Origin: Octopus vulgaris
Lineage: Eukaryota
Assembly (NCBI GenBank): GCA_951406725.2
Contig: OX597835.1
Coordinates: 372,001 to 436,000 of the forward strand
Length of the DNA: 64,000 nt
Reading direction: 5' to 3'
Shown piece after piece: positions 12,895 through 25,700 of this stretch; position 1 is the stretch's first letter, and each line of letters starts with the position of its first letter. Position numbers and translations under genes: made by a program. The notes below the pieces were generated by a model. It saw only the letters and a list, made by a program, of their open reading frames with translations. It had not been told where the DNA came from and made no database searches.

Positions 12895-13050
12895 ATAACT
12901 TCCATACCTAAGTTGTAACATAATCTTCTTTGAAATAGTCACCTTACGCAGCAATACACCTGTCCCAACATTCCTGCCACTTTTGCAATCAAGCCTAGAA
13001 GATATTTACTGTAAATGAGTTGAGGACCTTCTGTGATTCACTCTGGATCC
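12895..13050 (-). mobile_element. mariner 3'-end fragment
   Basis: Minus strand encodes WQECWDRCIAA.GDYFKE; same family as 58699-59150. Confidence 0.65.
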
Positions 13051-13663
13051 CTAGTTACCTGGTAAAGTTCTCTGCTGGCCCCACTCTTGCAAACCTTCCA
13101 GGGTTGCCTCTTCATTTTTATGGTTCTGTCTACATCATTGTTCCACCTCTACACCACCTCTAGCCCGGCTGAAAATTTGCACATACTACAAATTTGGTCT
13201 GTAAAAATATATTCTGAATATTTTTACCAACATAACACAACAGCAAAAAGTTGCTTTTCTAGTTCTGGTCATTTTCGTTTCTTGGAATTAGCCTCATCTT
13301 CCCATGGTGCATGATGTGGTGGATAGAACAGGATAACAAAAAATAAAATGCCAACAGACAACATTAACTATACATCAACTGAAGAGTTGAAAAAAATATT
13401 GGTGGAACTTAAAAATTAAATCCAACATCAATTTAAAACTGCTGTCACACTGGCGCCACCACCATCATCATCTTCAACAACATCCCGTTCCATCACTGTA
13501 GTTTATCATCTAGTGATGCAATGATGTAATGTTTATGAAATATCTAAGAAAAGTTAAAACTCAAAAAAAGAGAGATAAAACTAATGAAGTTTATAATATA
13601 TAGTAATGTTTAATTGCTAGTAATAACAGTTAGAAAAAAATAAAATAATGGGATTTCATTAAT

Positions 13664-13942
13664 TCAACGCTGCTTTAAGAAGGCTTTTAGGAAAATGTTG
13701 TAATCAATGTTTCCATGGAAATCTTTATCGTAGTATGTAACAATGCTATAGAATTCGTCTTCCGTCAGATTGATGTTGTAATTTCGAAGAATCTGTCTGA
13801 AATTTTTAATATCAGTGAAACCAGTCTTCTGACAATCGACTCTTAAAAAGTTCCTTCGCATGGTCTTCCAATGCTTTGCTACACATGGGTAAATTCTCAA
13901 CATTGCCTTCGACAGTCCACTAACTAATGGCCCTGGAGCAAA
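13664..13942 (-). CDS. EFCAB6: EFCAB6-like terminal coding exon: [20 protein letters not shown]...[11 protein letters not shown]
   Basis: Acceptor tatttttcag at 13943-13944, TGA at 13664-13666, two EF-hands. Candidate ATTAAA polyA signal at 13609-13614 (-). Confidence 0.9.
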   Translation of the reverse strand, partial: FAPGPLVSGLSKAMLRIYPCVAKHWKTMRRNFLRVDCQKTGFTDIKNFRQILRNYNINLTEDEFYSIVTYYDKDFHGNIDYNIFLKAFLKQR

Positions 13943-14549
13943 CTGAAAAATATAATAACTAGCGATAATTTAGGAAACCAAATTGGAAATACATTGAGGC
14001 AGAGATAATTTATGAAGCAAAATCCCCCAAAATATAATGACCAGTGACAGTTTAAAAGAAAATTAACAAAGAAACAGATAAAACCAATTCTGCATTTATA
14101 GCAGACAATGCATGTTTTTTTTTCTTTCTATGACATAAGCTGAAGAAATAATCGGAATTTAAAGTTTTCAAACTACAGTATATTGGATAAATACTATCCC
14201 ATAGTGGGTTACACTCATAACTCCTATCTTACTTTGTATGTGTGTGTGTGGAGGCACAATGGCCCAGTGGTTAGGGCAGCGGACTCGCGGTTGTAGGATC
14301 GCGGTTTTGATTCCCAGACCGGGCGTTGTGAGTGTTTATTGAGCGAAAACACCTAAAGCTTCACAAGGCTTCGGCAGGGGGGGGGGATCCCCACTGTACT
14401 CTTTCACCACAACTTTCTCTTACTCTTTCTTCTGGCCTGCTCACTTACCCAGCAGGGTGGCATCATTTGAAGGCTAAAACAATGCAAAGCGCATTGTGAC
14501 CAGTGATGTGTAGCAACATCTGATAGCCTGGTCGGTCATGGTGATCACG

Positions 14550-14599
<50 letters not shown>

Positions 14600-17500
14600 G
14601 TGTATGCACTTGTGCACAAATTGTAAGCAAAAATTTCACTGTTGATAGTTGGCATCAGGATATTCTGCCTCACTGTAGACTCGTCTAAGCCATGCTACCG
14701 TTATTGTTACAGACTCAAGTAAATAAGCACCAATAAATAATGGAGTTGATTCAGAAGAACTGACAATATAGAAACGGATCGTGTGCAATGTGAAAACAAA
14801 CCAATATAATCAATACAACAAAATAAAGCCCTTTTAATAAATGGACCAGCTCCCTACCTTCTCCATGTTACTATCGTCAAGGACCTTTCTTTCGGGTAAT
14901 GCTGATCTGGAAGGTTTTAAGTCCAGGATGAAATAGCGAATCATTTCTCTGTATGCCATTGTGTCAGTTCCCTCGACATCAAATTTATTTGCCAAAGTAC
15001 TGAATTCCTCATTTGCAATCGATTTCCCATACGTGAGCAAGATGTCTAAAGCACGGAAGAAAGCAAAATAATAAGAACAATCAATTATACAAATAATTCA
15101 AACGAAGGCGGCATTGGAGGAGGTGATCTTGTATCCGATGATGAAAGGTTAGAGTGTGACAGAGAGGCAGCAACAGGTGTTTTACTATAAAGGAGGTATA
15201 TGGTTACCCAGCTAGAGAGAGAGCGATAAAGTCTGATAGAACAGAGACAAACTTCTATTGAGAATCTGCAATTCAGTTTTGATCTCTGGTTGTAGACAAC
15301 TTGTTGTAGTTGGTAGTTTTGGTCAAGGTCAACTCTGATGAAGAAAATGTATGATCAGAGACATTCCATCCATGACCTCTTATCACTTTGAGGGCATCTA
15401 GGACAACATAATTTATTTCTTGCAATAGTTTGTTGTGATCGAAGGGAGATTTGGCTGCTACGTCTAAAATGACAATTGATTGTAAAAAGGTTACTTCCTT
15501 GCCTTACACTTCTTCAAGCCACTAACTTTGGATGAAGTTGTAGGGATGCCATTGTGAAATGCACCATGTTTTGGGACATCTAAGCCTAGCAGAGTCCATC
15601 CTTCCCTAGGTTTGGCCTCAGATGATTTCTAAGATAGATAGGGGAACTGAAAGTGAAGGGGAGAGAGAGAGAAGTGATCTTGTACAGGATTGAGATTTCA
15701 TTTAGTGTAGCTAAGAAGTCTGCTTCTCGATCATGTGGTTTCAGGTTCAGTCCCATGGTGTGGTACCTGAGGCAAGTGTCTTTTCACTATAGCCCAGGAG
15801 CTAACCAAAGCTTTGTGAGTAGATTTAGTGGACAGAAACTGAAAGAAACCTTTGCGATATTATGTGTGAATGTGCTTGTGTGTGTGCATGTGCATTGTGC
15901 TGCCCAGACATCACACAGCAGCTGCGCACTTGAGTCACTGTCATACAAGCGACATTGTTCTTCAATGAAAGACAAGTCTGAGCGTCAGGAAGTATTACCC
16001 TGCTTGGAAACAGGTCATGGGTTCATGACAGGAAGGGTGTCCGGCCATGGAAAATGTGCCACAAGGGATTTAGCCTGACCCATACGAGTATCGAAAAGTA
16101 GACATTAAAACAATACAAATGAGAATAAGGCAAAGCTGACCACACACACACACACACGCATGCATGTGTGAATGGATTCCATACAGTTTCACAGACCAAA
16201 TACTGTTCACAAGTCAGAGCTGTAATAAGAAGGCATTTGTCAGCATAACGATATTATTGTGTCAGTATTTAGTTGGTAAAAGCAGCAGAGCGCTGAACAA
16301 AATATCTTAGGCTCTCATATTTCTAGATTATCTGTTCAAATCCAAGCAGAGGTACCTTTGACTTATATTTTTTGGGGCACAATCAATGACAGTAATTGAT
16401 TCAATCATCTCACACACACACACACACCACGCCACATCACTTCACCTCAATACCTTCCCTTATCAAAAGGTGACATTGTGTCCTGGCAAAAGCAACATTC
16501 AAATATTAATAATTCGAGAAATGGGTTTAAGGTGGCAAGCGGGCAGAATCATTAGCACACCAGGAGAAATGCTTAGCAGTATTTTGTCCATCTTTACGTT
16601 CCGGGGTCAATTCCATCGAGGTCAACTTTGCCTTTCATCCGTTCAGGATCAATAAAATAATTACCAAGTTGAATACTGGAGTTGATTTAATCAACTTATC
16701 CCCTCCTTTGAAAGTGCAGGCCTTGTGGCAAAATGTGAAATCAACAATTAGAGAAGTGGGTAACAGGGAGCTAGTTTAACAAGCCAGGCTTGATGCATCA
16801 CGGGTTTTAGTGAGACCACAATGTTCTGGGATCAAATCCTGCCAGAACAGATTATACTTTTACCATAATGATAAATAACAATTACTATTCAAGTTTATTT
16901 TATAATTATCTAATTTCTGCCCCAACAAAATTTTTCACAACTCATTAAAAAAAAATTCATTTTCTCCTTTTTTTTTTAAATAATGAAGTTTTCACATCTG
17001 AATATATGTTTACTCTTTACTCTTTTACTCTTTTACTTGTTTCAGTCATTTGACTGCGGCCATGCTGGAGCACCGCCTTTAGTCGAGCAAATCGACCCCG
17101 GGACTTATTCTTTGTAAGCCCAGTACTTATTCTATCAGTCACTTTTGCCGAACCGCTGAAGCTTCTAAATTTTTGTTTGTTAATTTTATTTTATCTTTAT
17201 TTTTTGATAACTGGGTAAGTTGATATATTAATGAGGCAAAGAATTTTCAGGTCAGAAAATCCAAAACAAAATAAAGTTATGTACCTTGGCTCATGGAGGA
17301 CGGCAAAATGGTTGGCAACTAGGTTTTAATTTTATACTATAAATTATAGTAATTTAGTGAGTAGATCAGACCTTCACCTATCTTAGCTATCCATGGGTAT
17401 AACACGCACACACACACACAAACGAATAAATATGGAAATGATTACAAGAGTTTTCTGCTGTTGATGACGGTGACAGTGACAGCACTGTTGGCATGATGAT

Positions 17501-17605
17501 GACGACAATGATGACAACAACAATAACGATGATGACAATAGCAAAGAGAGAAGGAGTTCTATTTGATGGTCTGGAAATTCCTAAACTGTAATCTCCCATG
17601 CTGCT

Positions 17606-17661
<56 letters not shown>

Positions 17662-18020
17662 GTGATAGATTCAAACGACAATTAAGCGTTGTGGTTCTCA
17701 TGCCTTTTCCACACTATTTTACTTACCTGGACCCTTATTGCCATTCTATGTTGTTTTTTTTTGAAAAAAGTTTATTTTTATAATTTAACATTATTAAGAA
17801 TTTTTATCGTTATCTTTTTTATCTTTTACTTGTTTCAGTCATTAGACCGTGGCCATGCTGGGGCACCACCTAGAAGAATTTTCAGTCAGATGAATTGATG
17901 CCAGTACCCATTTTTTTTAAAGCCCGGGGTACTTATTCTATCAGTACAAGGATGTAAGCCCACCAACACTGGATGTCAAGCAGGTTGGGGGACAAACAAA
18001 GATATAAACACACATACATA

Positions 18021-18073
<53 letters not shown>

Positions 18074-19580
18074 CATATAAAATATCGTGTACATTAAAAC
18101 ACATTAAGAGGCTTCCATCATAGGAAAGCCTTGCGCTAGAAAGAGCAGTAAACAACTCAAACCACTAATTAGGGATAAACTCTCGAAGGGAATGAAAATT
18201 AAAAGCATTTACCTTCTAATTTAGTTCCTAGACCATGGTTTCTGATTTATTTCAGTAAATAAAGATCCACTGAGGCCAGTCTTCACTGGTAATAAAAATT
18301 TCTATAATTCTTATTATCCTAATATTATTTATTATGTTTTAAATGATTTTTGATAAATTTGATCGAGGCTTTTACCGGCATCCTCTCTGTTGCCGGAAAT
18401 AAACTGCGTCTGCGCAGTGGATTTGAAAAGTTAGAATATACAAGCAATGAGTTTACATGCGGAATCGATCTCGTTGAGTGTATATTTAAAATCTAAAGGC
18501 TACCTACTGATGAAGACTGGCCTCAGTAAATCTTTTTTTACTGAAATAAGACAGAAACCATGGTCTAGGAACTAAATTAGACAGTAAATGTTTTTAATTT
18601 TCATTCCCTTTGAGAGTTTATCCCTAATTAGTGGTTTGAGTTGTTTACTGCTTTTTCTAGCGCAAGGCTTTCCTATGATGGAAGCTTCTTAATGTGTTTT
18701 AATGTACAGAATATTTTATATGAATAATATATAGTCTTTTGCGCTAGGCCACTGGTAATAAAAAATTCTATAATTCTTATTACCCTAATATTATTTATAT
18801 ATATATATTATAATAATAATAATAATAATATAAATAGTATATAAATATATGCATATATACATACATATATGCACATACCTACATATATATGTATATATAC
18901 ATGCATATATGGGTACAGGAAATCAAAAGAACGTTGAACACAATGAGAAATGAAAACATAAAAACAAAAACATAGAAACAAACTTTTTTTTTGAACAACG
19001 AAAAAAACAGAGAAAGACATAAAGAATATTCTCCTTCATCAGTTGTCCCTGTTTCATCTACTCCATGTTTCGAAGGCAAGGACAGGATGCGGCTGCGTTG
19101 AAACAGTCCTTCCCGCACAGCAAAGTAAATTTGAAATTTTTTGCGGAGGGTGAAAGTGTTAACAAGAACAAAACAGTAAAATGAAAGGTAAGGACTGTGA
19201 AGCCAAGACGATAGGAAAATCATTATGAACGCTAGGAAGACGAGCTTATGAAGGATATATATATGTACGTATGTATTTATACATGTATGTATATGATGGG
19301 TTTCTCTCAGTTTCCATCTACCAAATCCACTCAGGAGGCTTTGGTTAGCCAGAAGCTATGGGAGAAGACACTTGCCCAATGTGCCATGCAGTGACATTGA
19401 ACCCAGAGCCATGTGGTTGGGAAGCAAACTTCTTACCGCACAGCCATGCCTGCACCTATATATGTATACATGTATGTATATTTGAATGTACATGTGTGTA
19501 ATTAGTTCAACAAATTATTTCTGTGCATGGTTTCCATGTTCCATATCGAATTTTCATTTATGTACAATACATGTAAATAT

Positions 19581-19611
<31 letters not shown>

Positions 19612-19624
19612 CATACATATACAT

Positions 19625-19658
<34 letters not shown>

Positions 19659-19662
19659 GCAT

Positions 19663-19713
<51 letters not shown>

Positions 19714-22700
19714 TATACATTATGCGTACATACACGCACATTAATACATACACATATATATTCAAACAAACGTAATTGAAAACTATAGGTATGTGAAATT
19801 ATCTCCCTTTACCCATACTTTTTAGTTTGAGAGTTTTGTTTTCTTTTCCTCACACACAGAAACACATACACACACACACACACACACGCACACACACACT
19901 CATCTAAAGATGAGAAATTAGGTTTGCTAGGTTATTTTCCTTTTACTGAAGGAGACTCTTGAACTTTAGTATAAAGATTTGGCAATGCTATTTACACGAG
20001 GCCTCTGTAACCGAGGGCAGACAACTGAAAACACCAGCAGATGAGAAGTCAGTAGTTCAAATCCTGACAATGGCACTAACATAGTTTACCCTTTAAAACA
20101 GTCAGGTTCACCTGGCTTGCAATGCTAAGTACAAATCCTTTTCTGAATGTAGCCTAGAGAGTGGTGGGATCTATCAAACCCGTCGAACTAATCTGTCCAA
20201 AGACACTAGAAATGATCTGGTCTGTGTTGGCAAGTAATGAAGAGAACATGTAAATAAAACAAAATATTTTACAATGAACAAGAGGATCAGAGAGAGAGAG
20301 AGAGAGAGAGTGAGAGAGAGAGGAGGAGGAGGGAAAGAGAGAGAGAGTTTCAGTTAATCAAAGTTGAATTTTTGGTAAATTTTGGGAAGTACACCCACAC
20401 TAAGAAAAAAAGAAAAAAACATTGGATTTTTTTGTGTGAAGTCAAGTATCCTTATTTTTGTCCAGAAAAAAAAAGGGAGATGGGAAATTGAAGGCGCCCA
20501 CCCACCCATCCTGGAATCATTGGAATTATATTTTTTTGCATTGAATGAATTATGGTGACCTAATGTGCGACAAAACACTACCTCACAATTGTGAGTCAGA
20601 CACTTTAACCACCATGCCATGTGCCTTTACATTATATATATATATATATATATACATACACATATATGCTAATTAGCTAAAATTGAAATACAGATAAAAT
20701 GACACAAACCTTTAAACTTGCTTGATGGGATGAATCCAGTGCTCTTTACATCTAGTTTTTGGCAACTTTTCAAAATAGGTTTCCAATGCTGAAAAATTAT
20801 ATCTTTAATACTTTTTTCTGCAAGTTCTGCATTGACTAATGCGCCTTGAGATAGTGGCCGATCCATTGGCAGGTGTGGTTTCTTGGGTTTAAAAAGTAAA
20901 TAATGACACAAAACATTAGATATAAAACTGTTACCTATAACAGATTAGATTACTATTTTCTTCAAAAGATTTGGTATTCTAAGTTAATTATGTAGTTACC
21001 TATGTAACAATTACTACACAACATGCTAGTGAAACACGTATCTCATTTATTCTGCTCTTGGAGATATACATGTAGTGAATCTTGCATGCATGAAGTGGAT
21101 TCGATCCACCATGACCAAATTTAAATTAACACTGCAACAGAACTGTTCCCATGGTGGAACAAAGGTTTTTCTCTGACAGCAGTTTTACATTTTCCAGATG
21201 CCTCTAGCTCGGCCGAAATAATGTCTTCACCACTTGACCCTTTCTAACCTCTTCTACTTCACCAAAAGCTAGAATAGAGATAACAAGACCGCCAGCTAAA
21301 TCTATTGTTCTCAATGATATACCTATCCTTCTGGATCTTTATATAAGCAAGCACACCCCAAGCAAAAATCAGTTAGTCACCAGTCGGTGATGACTAGGGA
21401 ACGGACTGCTAGAATCATGATCACAAGGAATACCTCTGCTAAATATAATAGTCAGTGAGAGAAATGAAAATTACTGTCAGCAGGTGTGAGACAACACCCT
21501 ACAGTTCTCTCTAGCTCTAATTCTGTTCTCTTACAACATCATGCTATCTCTCTCTCAGCAATTACTACTAAACAATGAAGAGAACCCAAACTCTAATCTT
21601 TATCTCTGTCTATTTCTAATATAATTACATCTCAACAGCCTCTTTCTCTGTCGCTTGCTCTCTATACTACACCTCTGTATTCTCTCTTTTGACAATTTTT
21701 TATTATTAACTACACCTATACAGTCTCTCTGTCTCAAACTCTCTCTCTATAAACATTATTATTCATTCACTGATCAGCAAAGCTGCTTGCTCTACGGCCA
21801 CAAAGAATTGGAATGGATTGTCAGTCTATAATAGTTGAGCACCAAACTAAGTGCTTCACCAAATAAGTTATATTACTTTGTACTCTGAGCATCTTTGCCT
21901 TTCATCTTGCCTGGAGAGACCGGAATCTAATAAGTACTAATAATAACACGAGCAGAGAAAAGAAGGAATTGGAGGGGGAGAAAATTCAACCAACTGTGCT
22001 CCAGCAACAAAGACTTTGTTTACAGAATATTGTTGTTGTAAAAACATGAGATCTTCCTCTACACATTTGAAACCAGCCCCAAAACTCATCAACCTCACCC
22101 CCTAACCTATGAGCTACCCAATTTATTACAGCAAATTTGTGCTTAATGATGCTGTCACTCATTCATATTGCTTGTTTAATATTAATTGATCCCAAACCAT
22201 CTATTTTTTTTTTTTTTCAGCACTGATCATTCATCTTTCTTTCAGATCATTCTTACATACATACAATCAGTTCTGCTTAATCGCTTAGCCTATATAATAA
22301 TGCAAAAATAATGCAAAAATAAGCAAGGTTTTATTTTTTGTAATTACAATATATTTTGTGGGTGGTGTTTTGGAATAGCTCTTACTCATTGGAAGGAAAG
22401 GGGCAAGGAATTAGGGGACAAAAATGTAAAAAAAAAAAACTTGAATTTTAGGAGAAAAAATTTTTTCAAATCATAATTCCCATTGTATGAAAACAAAAGA
22501 ATGTAAAATAGGAACCCCACAATCATCTAATTCCTGACCCTTTTCCTTCCCCATAAGGCAGTGATAGCTATTGAAAAACTCTGCTCAATTCAGGGTGCTT
22601 TGCTTCACTGATACCAGAAGAAAGGAAAGTAAAACTGAACTTGGCAGGATTTGAAATCTTAATCACATGACACAAAACTGAGAGAATAAAGTGTCACAAC

Positions 22701-25700
22701 CCCACAAGAAGAAACACAATCAAATAGCAATGTACTCTGAGTTTTCAGGCCATAACATATTTTACTTGATTCAATAGGTCTCCTCAAGCACAGTGTGTTG
22801 CTCGACAATTCAAAGGTACTTTTTAAATGGGCTGGTGTAGGCTATGGCTGTGATCTCACTTTACTTGCTGGGTCTTCTCAATCACAGCATATCTCCAGAG
22901 GTCTCGGTCTTTTGTCATTGCCTCTGTGAGGCCCAACATTCAAAGGTCATGCTTGACCACCTCATCTCATGTCTTCCTGGGTCTCCCTCTTCCACGGGTT
23001 CCTTCCATTGTTAGGGAGTGACACTTCTTCACACAGCTCTCCTCATCCATATGCAGCACATGACCATACATTTCCCTCAGGGCACTTACACTCTGTCATG
23101 TGTGCACACTGACATTACACATCCAGTGGATCATGCCAGCTTCATTTCTTTCAAGCCTGCACATGTCTTCAGCAGTCACAGCCCATGTTTCACTGTTGTA
23201 TAGCATGGCAGTTAGCCCACATGCATCATACAATATACCTTTCACTCTGAGCAAGAGGCCCTTTGTCACCAGTAGAGGTAGGAGCTTTCTGAACTTTGCC
23301 CAGGCTATTCTTATTCTAGTGGCAACGCTCTCCAAGCATTCACCCCCACTACAGACTTGATTGCTTAAGTAGCGGAAGCTATCAACTACTTCTAGTTTCT
23401 CCCCTGGCATGTTTTGGAATCAGTTTTCTGAGCATCTGCGGTGTTTATTGTCCCTGTGCATCATCGCACACAAAAGCTATCTTCCTGGTTAACCTTCCTT
23501 TGATGTTGCTGTACCTCATATGTGTCCATAACTTACACTGGGTAGATCTTATGGAGTTTCTACCTACACCTTTTCTACAGATCGAACAGGGACATATATC
23601 TGAAGGGGTTTGTGATGTGTTCACCTTCCTACTTACGAAGATTTTGGTTTTTGCAACATTGACTCAAAGGCCTTTCAATTCTAAACCTTGCTTCCACACC
23701 TGAAATTTCTTCTCTAGTTCTGGTAGTGATTCCATTATGAGAGCAAGTCATCAGCATAGAGGAACTCCCAGGGCCAACCTGTCTTGAATTCCTCTGTTAT
23801 TGCCTGGGGGACAATGATGAATAAGAGGGGGCTAATGGTGATTGAATGTGTGAAAAGATCAAAAAACAAGAGAATATTTTAGCTTAGCAATGCATAACTG
23901 GGTCTGAGAACTATCTACGTAGGAATGAGTTGCATGAAAAACAGGGAGGAAGCATGTGAGTAATGTGCTTTATAGATATGCTATTACCAGAAGTGGACAT
24001 TATGGAAGGAGGCTGAAGACAGCAGCACAAGAAGTCATAGTGAGTGGGAAGGAATAAGAGAATAGTACGAAAAATATTTAGCTAACATGCAACATGTAGG
24101 GAACAAGCAAGGATTAATTTAGGGAGATGGTACAGAAAATATGTAGTCAACTTGAGAACACAGGAGAGAAGGAGACATTTCATTTAGAAAATTGCATGAA
24201 GAATTAAAGAGAAACAAAGGCTGAGAGAGAGATTAGGAAGTTATATATTGAAGGTTCAATTTAAATAATTAACTTACAAAAGTAGATATTAGTAAATGAT
24301 ACATATTAAAAGTATTAATGGTGACTGAATGCTATGAAAAGATTGAAAAACGAGAGAATATCTTAGCTTAGCAATGCATAACTGGTTGTCCAAGAACCAT
24401 CTACGTTGGAATGAGTTGCGTGAAAAACAGGGGGAAATATTTATTACTATTGCTAAAATTAGATACAGCTAACTTGTAGGACATAAATAATTGGCAATAC
24501 ATTGTTTCAAATAGTCATAAAAATGAAGACGGAAAGGTTTATGAAGACCTGAAGTACAGCATTCACAAAAATTCTGGCTACAATTCTATTCAAAATTTGG
24601 CAAGACGCAAAAGCATAATGTCAAGGATTCTGGTTTGAACTCTGTTCAAGCTGAAAACTGTGAAGTGAAATCAAACTGTTTTCACATCAAGGTCCCAGGT
24701 CGCTCATAGCAAAACTCTCCTCCCTAGGGACTTAGCAAGCCAAAACTTCCCATTTTAAAACTGATGAACAGATGCTAGGCTTGTTCATCACGTTAATGGG
24801 GTGGATGGTCCAAGTAAAACTAAATGGATTTGACCATCACATAGTGAACCAAAATGGGTAGTTAAAAGTTAAAATCCACAATGTGGGCAGCTAAAATTCA
24901 AGAGCGCTCATGCTTCTGCTACATAATTAATAGAATTATGTAATTAATTGCATTCTAGTTAATAACATAACACTATTAATTGCATTATCTTTCAAAACAA
25001 CAAAATTGTTATTGTCAAAACTATGTAAAAATGATTGATTTAATTGCATTTAGAAATAAATTAATCCATAATGCAAATTATGTAAACTCTTGGCACACAA
25101 TATGGTGGAATCAACTGTATGCTATGTTTATTTTTACTTTTTATAATAATTCCCAAAAATCAAGAATATTTTATAAAAATATTAAATTTATAGGTACAGT
25201 TAACCTCAGCAAGATTTGAACTCAGAACATAAAGGAATGAAACTAAACACCAAATATCTTTTCCAATACATTAATGATTCAGCCAATCTGCTATCTAAAA
25301 ACAAACAATGGGTGTTTGAGTTATCCTCTGAGAATAAACATCCAAACATTTGAATTCTTTGACAGATCACTTACCTCTCTTTGTGCCGCCGGTAGACGTG
25401 GCTCTTTTCTAAAGTATCTTGTGGAACCAAGCTGTAGGTCAAAACATACATTTAGACATTTAGTGGCTGTTTAAGCAATGAGCTTGTGGATGCTTAATAG
25501 GCTGGGTGTGGTGTTGATGATGAACTGAAATATGGCATTGAAACCACCTTTGGTCATGACTGACCGTGGGATTGCACCTAGAAAGTAACCCTCCCAGACA
25601 CAAGTCCGGGCAAGGTTGTTTACGGAAGACCAGCAGTCGCCCATGCATACCGACCTCCCCTCTCCATGCCACCATTGTTACCCAAGGGAAAGGCAAAGGG

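Noticed and set aside
14250-14325. tRNA gene
   Set aside because: The A/B boxes run straight into a SINE body with several dispersed copies; no complete cloverleaf.
19486-19779. Overlapping ORFs on both strands (also 38995-39410, 55216-55500, 62679-62957)
   Set aside because: Microsatellite translation artifacts.
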